This document shows, one piece after another, positions 29,925 through 37,959 of a stretch of 64,000 nt of DNA. The DNA lies in NCBI GenBank assembly GCA_020444425.1, contig JAHLLB010000001.1:266938-330937 (forward strand), written 5' to 3'. Made by a program: the position numbers and the translations under genes. Positions within the stretch are counted from its first letter, which is position 1. Each line of letters starts with the position of its first letter. Source of the stretch: a bacterium (GTDB lineage: Bacteria > Electryoneota > Electryoneia > Electryoneales > Electryoneaceae). The notes under the pieces were generated by a model, which was not told where the DNA came from, searched no databases, and was given only the letters and a program-made list of their open reading frames with translations.

Positions 29925-31943
29925 ATGAACCGACTGCTGACCGTGCTGCCCCTGCTGCTTGTTCTGCTGTGTGCTTTCGTTGCTGACGCGACTCAGCCGA
30001 TCGAGGAATACACCAACGAGGGGCTGCGTTGGCCGACCGACATTTCCCGTCGCATCACCAGCACCTACGGCGAATACCGCGCGGACCGTTTTCACGCCGG
30101 TCTCGACTTCAGCATCAACGGCAGCATCGGCGCCCCGGCCTACGCCATCGACAACGGGCACATCTCGCGGATCAAGACAACCTTCAACGGTTACGGCCGG
30201 GTCATCTACTTCACCCTCGACAGCGGCGACATCGCAGTCTACGCTCACCTTGACGGGTTCGAGGATCGGATTGAGGCGGTCGTCCGTCAGCAACAGTTGC
30301 ACCAGGGCCGCTACGAGATCGAGTATTGGCCGGGACCAGACGAGCTACGCTACGAAAAGGGTGACGTGGTCGCGTATTGCGGCGACACCGGCGCGGGTGC
30401 ACCGCACCTGCATTTTGAGTTGCGCACTCCGAGGAATGAACCGTACGACCCGGTGATGGCGGGCTTCTACTACAAGGATTCCTACGCACCGTATGTGCGG
30501 CGAGTGGCGATCCGTCCGCTCGACGGCGACAGCGAGGTCGAGGGCCGGATGGAATCGCATGTGTTCGATGTGCGGCAGGGAGTTGTCGCGCCGGTTCAGT
30601 TTTATGGCAAGGTCGGGCTCAGCGTGCAGGCGCACGATTTCCAGCAGGGCGGCTGGTCGCGGCTGGGTGTAAAAACGTTCGAGATGTACCTGGACGATGT
30701 CCTGTTGCACAAGACGGTGATGGACACCTTCCAATACTCGTTCAACCGTCATTCACGACTCGAATTCGACTACGAGCTGCGGCGCGACGGCTGGAACAAG
30801 TTCCGCCGCATGTACCCGGTTCCCGGCAACAAGCTGACGCTCTACGACGAGTCCCTCCCCGGCGGAATCATCGACAGCCGGGAGATTGGCGCCGGCATGC
30901 ACATGGTGCGTTTCCGCGTCACCGATCATCGCGGAAATGTCGGCGAGGCGACGTGGCCGATTGAAGCGTTGCACGAACCAGCGTTGCCCGCCGCCTCCAC
31001 CCCAGACAGCCTGCCGATGTTTGCATTGACGGAACGAGTTCAGATGGATCTCGACCTGCGTTTCACGTTGACCGGCACAACCGCTGAACTGTTCTTGACG
31101 GATCCGGACACGATTGAGGTTGCCCGTGCCTACGCAAACAGCCCGGCGTTTCTCACGCCGAAACGAATGGTCCCATTGCGGCGAGGATGGTACACGCGCA
31201 CGACGATGTCGCTGGACCAATCCGGTCTGACACCGGTTACGGTGCTGCTCGAGGACACGGCAGGTGTTGTGTATCAGGTTAGCGAGGAGAAACGGCTGAT
31301 CCCGTTGCGTGCGGGGAACAACCGTGACTTTCATCTGCCGGAGTATGGCCTCAGCATTCACTTCAACGGTTACGGGCTACCTTGGGACATGGTCGCCGAA
31401 TTGACAGTTGACACCACCGAAACCGGCACCGACGCGCCGGTCTTCACCATCACGCCAAACGACTACCCGTTCCTGACCACGTTCGAGATGACGTTCGATT
31501 CTCAGTCAGATCCTTTCCCACGTCACGCGTTGATGGTCTACCGCGAGCATGACGGGCAACGGTGGAACTACCTCAGCAACGAACGGGCGGCGAACGGGCT
31601 GCGTCTGATTGCGGATGTACTCAGCTTCGAATCGTTCTCGGTTGCTCAGGATACGATTCCGCCGGAGTTGTACAACCTTACACCCAACAACGGGGCCGCG
31701 TTCAAGACTCGCAAGCCGTTGCTGGCGGCCCGAATCCGGGACACGTTCAGCGGGCTCGATATGGCAGAAAGTGGCATCTGGCTGGACGGCGAAGAGGTGA
31801 TCTGGGTGTACGATCCGGACGCCGCCCGCATTGAATACCGGCCGTGGGAATCACTATCCGCCGGACGCCATGAGTGGCGGATTGTCGCGGCTGACAACGC
31901 TGGCAACCGCACCGAGTACACCCGAAGTTTTGTGATTGATTGA
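29925..31943 (+). CDS. Secreted M23 family metallopeptidase with C-terminal Ig-like domain
   Basis: FHAGLD (HxxxD), YAHL, PHLHFE (HxH), signal peptide. Confidence 0.88.
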   Translation: MNRLLTVLPLLLVLLCAFVADATQPIEEYTNEGLRWPTDISRRITSTYGEYRADRFHAGLDFSINGSIGAPAYAIDNGHISRIKTTFNGYGRVIYFTLDSGDIAVYAHLDGFEDRIEAVVRQQQLHQGRYEIEYWPGPDELRYEKGDVVAYCGDTGAGAPHLHFELRTPRNEPYDPVMAGFYYKDSYAPYVRRVAIRPLDGDSEVEGRMESHVFDVRQGVVAPVQFYGKVGLSVQAHDFQQGGWSRLGVKTFEMYLDDVLLHKTVMDTFQYSFNRHSRLEFDYELRRDGWNKFRRMYPVPGNKLTLYDESLPGGIIDSREIGAGMHMVRFRVTDHRGNVGEATWPIEALHEPALPAASTPDSLPMFALTERVQMDLDLRFTLTGTTAELFLTDPDTIEVARAYANSPAFLTPKRMVPLRRGWYTRTTMSLDQSGLTPVTVLLEDTAGVVYQVSEEKRLIPLRAGNNRDFHLPEYGLSIHFNGYGLPWDMVAELTVDTTETGTDAPVFTITPNDYPFLTTFEMTFDSQSDPFPRHALMVYREHDGQRWNYLSNERAANGLRLIADVLSFESFSVAQDTIPPELYNLTPNNGAAFKTRKPLLAARIRDTFSGLDMAESGIWLDGEEVIWVYDPDAARIEYRPWESLSAGRHEWRIVAADNAGNRTEYTRSFVID

Positions 31944-31993
31944 GTTCCAGCTATCCAGTCCATCTGAACTTGTCTTTGATTACTCCCCGCCAC

Positions 31994-32101
31994 TGGGGAC
32001 ACTTTGTCCCCAAAGTGTCCCCAATGGCAGAACTATCTGCGTCGCAACTGCTTTGACTCAGGTGGATGTATCCCGGGGACACTTTCGGAGAAAGCGTCCC
32101 C
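31994..32101. repeat. Two GGGGACAC-family palindromes
   Basis: TGGGGACACTTTG-TCCC-CAAAGTGTCCCCA (31994-32023) and GGGGACACTTTC-GGA-GAAAGCGTCCCC (32075-32101). Confidence 0.8.
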
Positions 32102-32192
32102 CGGGTGTAGGGGCTTTCGTGATCGACTGATCGCTCGATCTCCGGTTTTCATCTCGCCATTTCCCTGACTACCTTCCGTGCTGCATTCTGAT

Positions 32193-32254
32193 GCGGACTG
32201 CGGACTGCGGACTGCGGACTGCGGACTGCGGACTGCGGACTGCGGACTGCGGAC
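32193..32254. repeat. Heptamer microsatellite (GCGGACT)8 plus a partial copy, upstream of valS
   Basis: Direct reading. Confidence 0.9.
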
Positions 32255-32305
32255 GCACATTGTAACAGCATACAGCTCATTGCTCATAGCTCAGGACTTA
32301 CAGCC

Positions 32306-34972
32306 GTGGATATCCCGAAGCAATACGACCCGAAAGAAGTGGAAGCGCACTGGCGCGAATGGTGGCACGAGAACGATTTCTTCAAGACCAGTCCGAGCAT
32401 GTCGAAGGAACCGTACGTGATCATGATGCCGCCGCCGAATGTAACCGGCGTGCTGCACATGGGCCACGCGTTACAGGACACGATCCAGGACGAGCTGATC
32501 CGTTACTACCGCATGAAGGGCTTTGAAGCCCACTGGCAGGCGGGCAAGGATCACGCCGGGATCGCGACGCAGACTGTGGTCGAACGGGAGATGAAGAAAA
32601 ACGGCGAGCCGGACCGTCGCACGATGGGCCGTGAGAAGTTCATTGAACGTGTCTGGCAGTTTGTGGAAAAGAACCGCAACACGATCAGCACGCAGAAGAA
32701 GTCGCTCGGTATCTCGCCGGACTTCTCGAAAGAGCGATTTACTCTTGACGACGGCCTCAGCGACGCCGTCCAGGAAGCGTTCATCAAGCTGCATCGGGAG
32801 GGCCTGATCTATCGCGGACCGTACATCGTTAACTGGTCGCCGAAGTTGCAGTCCGCCATCTCGGACGAAGAGGTGGACTTCAAGGACGAGCAGGGGCACC
32901 TGTGGTACATCCGCTATCCGGGTGTGGACGGTGGCGAGGGTGTGGTTGTCGCGACGACCCGTCCGGAGACGATGCTCGGCGACACGGCGGTGATGGTCCA
33001 TCCGGAAGACGACCGATACAAGCATCTCGTCGGCAAGGAAGTGGTGTTGCCGTTGACCGGACGAAACATTCCGGTGATCGCGGACGATTACGTCGATCGT
33101 GAATTCGGCACCGGCGCGGTGAAAGTGACCCCGGCGCACGACCCGAACGACTTCGAGGTCGGCCGCCGTCACGATCTGGACATGCCGGTCATCCTCGACA
33201 CCGAGGCCCGGATCCAGGCACCAGCGCCGGAGACCTACATCGGGCTGGACCGTGACGCTGCCCGAGAGGCTGTCGTCAAGGATCTCGAGGATCAGGGCTT
33301 CCTCGTCAAGACCGAGGAGTACACGCACAGCGTCGGCTATTGCCACCGGACCAAGGTGCGCATTGAGCCGTATCTGAGCACGCAGTGGTTCCTCAAGATG
33401 AAGCCGCTTGCAAAACGGGCTATCGAAGTCGTTCGCAACGGCGAGATCAAATTTGTCCCGGATCGCTGGGGCAAGGTCTACTTCCAGTGGATGGAAAACA
33501 TTCGCGACTGGTGCATCTCGCGGCAGTTGTGGTGGGGTCACCGGATCCCGGCGTACTACTGCGAGGAGTGCAACTACGTCCACGTTGGCACCGACCACCC
33601 GGACATCTGCCCGGCGTGCGGGTCGAACCAGTGGCGGCAGGATGAGGACGTGCTCGATACGTGGTTCTCGAGCTGGCTGTGGACCTTCTCAACCCTCGGC
33701 TGGCCGAAACAGACCGGCGATTTGCTGTATTATCACCCGACGAATGTACTCGTCAGCGGCTACGACATCATCTTCTTCTGGATCGCCCGGATGATCGTCG
33801 CAAGTTTGTATTTCGTGGACGAGATCCCGTTCAAGCAGGTGTATATCACCGGGATGATCAAGGACAAGCAGGGCCGTTGGATGAGCAAGTCGCTCGGCAA
33901 TGGCATCGACCCGCTGGAAATGGTCGATCAATACGGCGCGGACGCGGTGCGTTACTCATTGACTGTGCTCAACACCGTCGGGCAGGACATTCGCTTGGAT
34001 CCCAGCCGTTTCGAGATGGGTCGCAACTTCGCGAACAAGCTGTGGAACTCGTTCCGTTTCCTCGTCAATCGGGAACTGGACGGTGACACTTTCGGAGAAA
34101 GTGTCCCCTCCCCGATGGAAATCGAAGATCGCTGGATCGAGGGCCGGATGATCCAGACCGCGCGTGAGCTGGAAGAAAAGATAGAACAGTACCGGCTGGA
34201 TGAGGCGTTGATCGGCCTCTACCGTTTCATCTGGAACGATTTCTGTGACTGGTACATCGAGACGATCAAGACGCGTATCGGCGACGACGCCGACGCTGCC
34301 TCGGCGAAGCAGACGCTGCACTTTGCGATCAACGTTTTCGACAAGATCATTCACCTGCTGCATCCGTTCATGCCGTTCATCACCGAAGAGATGTACCAGA
34401 CATTGAACGGTGTCATGGGTGAAGCGTGGGCGCAGGACCGTGCGGGCAGCATCGCGGTGTCGCCGTTCCCGGACTTTTCGGATAGTTCGATCGACGAGAC
34501 GGCGGTCATGGAATTTGAATACGTCCGTGAGTTGGTCGGTGCAATCCGCAATGTGCGCGGCGAACTGCTGGTTCCGCCGGTCGCGGAAGCGCAGTTGGTG
34601 ATGCGTGCGGACGATCCGAAGCTGGACATCGTGCGTCGTGAGTGGGTGACGGTGAAGCGACTGGCCCGGTTGAGTGGTGACGAACTGGTGACCGCCAACA
34701 CCAAGCCGAAAGCCTCCGCGACGACGTTGGTCGAAGGCCGCGAGATCTACATCCCGCTGGAAGGGTTGATCGATCTGGACGCCGAGAAAGAGCGTGTGCA
34801 GAAGGAAATCGGTAAGCTCGAAGGGTTGTTCAAGGGCGTGGAAAAGAAGCTGTCGAACGAAAAGTTCGTCGCCAACGCGCCGGAGGATGTGGTCGCGAAG
34901 GAGCGCGAGAAGATGGACACCTACAGCAACGATCTCGCGAAACTGAAGGCGCATCTGGCGGATTTGAGCTGA
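32306..34972 (+). CDS. valS: Valine--tRNA ligase
   Basis: PPPNVTGVLHMGHAL, DHAGIATQ, ATTRPETMLGD, DWCISRQLWWGH, MSKS motif, C-terminal coiled coil. Confidence 0.98.
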   Translation: MDIPKQYDPKEVEAHWREWWHENDFFKTSPSMSKEPYVIMMPPPNVTGVLHMGHALQDTIQDELIRYYRMKGFEAHWQAGKDHAGIATQTVVEREMKKNGEPDRRTMGREKFIERVWQFVEKNRNTISTQKKSLGISPDFSKERFTLDDGLSDAVQEAFIKLHREGLIYRGPYIVNWSPKLQSAISDEEVDFKDEQGHLWYIRYPGVDGGEGVVVATTRPETMLGDTAVMVHPEDDRYKHLVGKEVVLPLTGRNIPVIADDYVDREFGTGAVKVTPAHDPNDFEVGRRHDLDMPVILDTEARIQAPAPETYIGLDRDAAREAVVKDLEDQGFLVKTEEYTHSVGYCHRTKVRIEPYLSTQWFLKMKPLAKRAIEVVRNGEIKFVPDRWGKVYFQWMENIRDWCISRQLWWGHRIPAYYCEECNYVHVGTDHPDICPACGSNQWRQDEDVLDTWFSSWLWTFSTLGWPKQTGDLLYYHPTNVLVSGYDIIFFWIARMIVASLYFVDEIPFKQVYITGMIKDKQGRWMSKSLGNGIDPLEMVDQYGADAVRYSLTVLNTVGQDIRLDPSRFEMGRNFANKLWNSFRFLVNRELDGDTFGESVPSPMEIEDRWIEGRMIQTARELEEKIEQYRLDEALIGLYRFIWNDFCDWYIETIKTRIGDDADAASAKQTLHFAINVFDKIIHLLHPFMPFITEEMYQTLNGVMGEAWAQDRAGSIAVSPFPDFSDSSIDETAVMEFEYVRELVGAIRNVRGELLVPPVAEAQLVMRADDPKLDIVRREWVTVKRLARLSGDELVTANTKPKASATTLVEGREIYIPLEGLIDLDAEKERVQKEIGKLEGLFKGVEKKLSNEKFVANAPEDVVAKEREKMDTYSNDLAKLKAHLADLS

Positions 34973-35014
34973 CAGGTTGTATTTTAGCCCTATGCCAATT
35001 TGCAGGGGTTCAGC

Positions 35015-35239
35015 ATGACGAACTACAGATTTACGGTGCTGATTGAGCACGATGAAGACGGTTGGATCGCGACTGTTCCAGAGTTGCAGGGGTGCTTCAC
35101 GCAGGGCGATACCTATGAGGAACTCCTTGCGAACGTGCAAGATGTGCTGAAGGGTCACGTTGAACTGTATCTGGAACGTGGCGAACCGGTACCACAACCC
35201 GGGACACTTACCGTGACCAGCGTCGAGGTGGCGGTGTGA
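35015..35239 (+). CDS. hicB: HicB-family antitoxin (short form)
   Basis: VPELQGCFTQGDTYEELLANVQD signature. Confidence 0.9.
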   Translation: MTNYRFTVLIEHDEDGWIATVPELQGCFTQGDTYEELLANVQDVLKGHVELYLERGEPVPQPGTLTVTSVEVAV

Positions 35240-35450
35240 GTCCGCGCTTACCACGAATGACGGCCAGGGAAGCCATCCGTTTGGTTGAAAAGCACGGTTT
35301 CCAATGGGTGCGAACAACGGGAAGCCATTACATCTATGAAAACAAAAGGGTCGAAAGGTCTCGATACCTTTTCATGCAGGAAAGATCTTGCACCCCAAGA
35401 TCCTGAAATCAAGCCTGACGATTGCGGAGATTGATCCGAACGACCTTTGA
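35236..35450 (+). pseudogene. hicA: HicA-family toxin with a 1-nt frameshift
   Basis: GTG overlaps the hicB stop. MSPRLPRMTAREAIRLVEKHGFQWVRTTGSHYIYEN, after which KGRKVSIPFHAGKILHPKILKS...DL* continues in the -1 frame. Span is 215 nt, one short of a multiple of 3. Confidence 0.85.
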
Positions 35451-35486
35451 TTCAGAGTTTCTTGGAGCTTTTATAAGACGATCAAC

Positions 35487-35519
35487 CGGGACATGTCATC
35501 GACGTGCCCCGTTTTTTTT
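35487..35519 (+). terminator. Probable Rho-independent terminator after hicBA
   Basis: CGGGACATGTC-ATC-GACGTGCCCCG imperfect stem followed by a T-run. Confidence 0.6.
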
Positions 35520-35555
35520 ACTCAAACCTCAAACCTCACACCTCATACCTGCCGT

Positions 35556-36218
35556 TCACGCCACATACAGCATCATCCCAATCCAGTGGCTGATCGACCC
35601 ACCGAGCACGAACAGGTGCCAGACAGTGTGGTGGTAGGGAAAGGTCCGCCACGCGTAGAAGACAACGCCCAGCGTGTAACATGCCCCGCCGATCGCGATC
35701 CACGTCAGCAGGCCTGTTGGCATCACGGTCAGCATTGGTTTCCACGCGATCACGATCATCCACCCCATCGCAAGGTAGACGAGGATCGAGACGACCTTGA
35801 AGCGTCCGATGAACAGCATTTTCATCGTTACCCCGGCGGCTGCCAACCCCCAGACTATGCCGAACATGCTCCATCCCCATGCATCCCGCAACAGAACCAG
35901 CATCAGCGGTGTGTAACTTCCTGCGATGAGCACATATATCATCGCGTGGTCCATCTGCCGGAAGAACTTTTTCAATTTCGGTGCGCGGAAGCTGTGGTAC
36001 AGCGTGGATGCAAGGTAGAGCAGAACCAGCGATGTGCCGTAAACACTGAAGCTGACAACCTTCCACGGATCTCGTTGCAGCGAAGCAAAAACAACCAGTA
36101 CAACCAATCCTGCTATTGCAAGGGCAGCACCGATGCCGTGGGTGGCAGCATTGGCGACTTCCTCACGCGGGCTCTGGTGCTGCTGTTGAGTGGGTTCCGG
36201 TTTGCTGTTTTTGGGCAC
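35556..36218 (-). CDS. Hemolysin III / PAQR family membrane protein (YqfA/TrhA-like)
   Basis: EEVANAATHG, STLYH, DHAMIYVLIAGSYTP, HTVWHLFVLGGS. Confidence 0.93.
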   Translation of the reverse strand: MPKNSKPEPTQQQHQSPREEVANAATHGIGAALAIAGLVVLVVFASLQRDPWKVVSFSVYGTSLVLLYLASTLYHSFRAPKLKKFFRQMDHAMIYVLIAGSYTPLMLVLLRDAWGWSMFGIVWGLAAAGVTMKMLFIGRFKVVSILVYLAMGWMIVIAWKPMLTVMPTGLLTWIAIGGACYTLGVVFYAWRTFPYHHTVWHLFVLGGSISHWIGMMLYVA

Positions 36219-36392
36219 CGTTTGGTCCTTCTTACCGGTTCGTGGGAACGCAAATTTTGTGGGTTTGGCATTGTACGATGTTCAAACCGGCTCGTGTGCA
36301 TCAATCAGGCCGGGAACCCTGCCTCTCCGTCGTTGTGCAAGAAGAAACGCGGGACAACAACCAACCCTGACAACAACCAAGGGGGAACGATC

Positions 36393-37733
36393 ATGGCTCG
36401 CTACCTGGTCGTATTGCTTTCTTTTCTGATGATTGTGCCTGCCTTCGCGCAGGATCCTGATGTGGCTGTGACGGTGTACAATCAGGGCCTCGGGCTCGTG
36501 CGCGAGGTGCGGGATATCAATCTCGACCGTGGAGTGCAGTCCTTTGCGTACGATGGTGTTGCGGCGAAAATGCTGCCGGCATCGGTGCGTTTCCACGCAA
36601 CCGACGTGGACATCCTTGAACAGAACTTCGAATACGATCTGGTCAGCCAGCAGGCGCTGATGCAGAAGTATCTCGGCCAGATGGTGGACATTGTGCTCGA
36701 GGATGGAGTTGTCAGCGGCAAACTGTTGTCGGTCTCCGGCGGAATCATTGTCGAGGAGGATGACGGCGGCGTGCGCATCATCTCCAACGACGCCGTGAAA
36801 TCGGTTCGCTTTCCCGAACTTCCGGACGGCTTGATCATCAAACCAACCCTGCGTTGGCTGCTCAATTCAGACAAAAGCGGCGACGTCGAGTCAGAACTTG
36901 CCTACCTCACCCGTGGATTGAGCTGGGAAGCCAGTTATGTCGCGGTCGTTGGCGAGGATGACGACGAGCTCGAACTCTCCGGCTGGGTACAGATGAGCAA
37001 CCAGAGCGGCACCGACTTCATGAACACGAAGCTGAAGCTGATGGCGGGTGACGTTCAGTTCGCGGAACAGCCGCCGTCACGGAATCGTGGCATGTACGCC
37101 GAAGAAGCGATGATGGCGATGGACGGCGCAGGAAAAGGCTTCGAGGAGAAGAGCTTCTTTGAGTATCACCTCTACACCCTGCCCCGCCGTGTCGACATCC
37201 TCGACAACCAGGACAAGCAGATCCGTCTGATCGAACCGGCGACAACCGATGTGACGAAGAAGTACATCTTCGAGCCGAACCGTGGCGGTGATGTCCAGGT
37301 CAAGCTCGAGTTCACCAACAGTGAAGATGCCGGCCTCGGCATGCCGCTTCCCGCCGGGCTGGTCCGAATGTACAAGGTCGATCCAGACGACAACACGATG
37401 CAGCTGATCGGTGAGGATCGGATCGATCACACGCCGCGTGACGAGGATCTCAGCCTGAAAACGGGGAACGCGTTTGATGTCGTCGCTGAACGCAAGGTGA
37501 TGGACACGCAGCGCATCAGCTCGAGTGTCCGTCAGCAGATGTACGAGGTTGAGGTTCGCAACCGGAAAGATGATGCCGTTGAAGTTGTCGTGCGCGAGCA
37601 CTTCTACGGCGACTGGCGGATTGTGACCGAGTCGATGAACGGCACCAAGATCGACGCGAACACCTACGAATGGGTTGTCCCGGCCGGCGCAGACGAGGAA
37701 GTGAAGATGTCCTACACCGTGCGCTTCCAGTAG
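36393..37733 (+). CDS. Secreted DUF4139-domain protein
   Basis: Start ATG 36393 with GGGGGA RBS and signal peptide; VTVYNQ.LGLVRE, EQNFEYDL, YLT.GLSW.A.Y, FFEYHLY, G+PLPAG.VR. Confidence 0.85.
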   Translation: MARYLVVLLSFLMIVPAFAQDPDVAVTVYNQGLGLVREVRDINLDRGVQSFAYDGVAAKMLPASVRFHATDVDILEQNFEYDLVSQQALMQKYLGQMVDIVLEDGVVSGKLLSVSGGIIVEEDDGGVRIISNDAVKSVRFPELPDGLIIKPTLRWLLNSDKSGDVESELAYLTRGLSWEASYVAVVGEDDDELELSGWVQMSNQSGTDFMNTKLKLMAGDVQFAEQPPSRNRGMYAEEAMMAMDGAGKGFEEKSFFEYHLYTLPRRVDILDNQDKQIRLIEPATTDVTKKYIFEPNRGGDVQVKLEFTNSEDAGLGMPLPAGLVRMYKVDPDDNTMQLIGEDRIDHTPRDEDLSLKTGNAFDVVAERKVMDTQRISSSVRQQMYEVEVRNRKDDAVEVVVREHFYGDWRIVTESMNGTKIDANTYEWVVPAGADEEVKMSYTVRFQ

Positions 37734-37959
37734 GTTTGATGGGCTGCGGGCTGCGGACTACGGTCAGCGGTCCGTTGACTGAGGTCCGAGGTCTGGGCTC
37801 GTGAAGAACGATGTGGCCGTGTCAGAGAACTTGTCTGACGCGGCCGTTTTGTCTCTGATGCTATAGGCATCAGTCCGTTTTCCGCAGCCAGTTGTCTCAA
37901 GACTCAGGACTCAGGACTCCTGTGCTGGCGTGAACGTTTGGTCACCCCTATCTTCCCGC

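Noticed and set aside
35556-36218. Hemolysin toxin or virulence factor
   Set aside because: The HlyIII/PAQR family is a widespread membrane homeostasis family; nothing here indicates toxicity.
35493-36392. 300-aa N-terminal extension of the DUF4139 ORF
   Set aside because: It overlaps the hemolysin III gene on the opposite strand; the RBS and signal peptide support a start at 36393.
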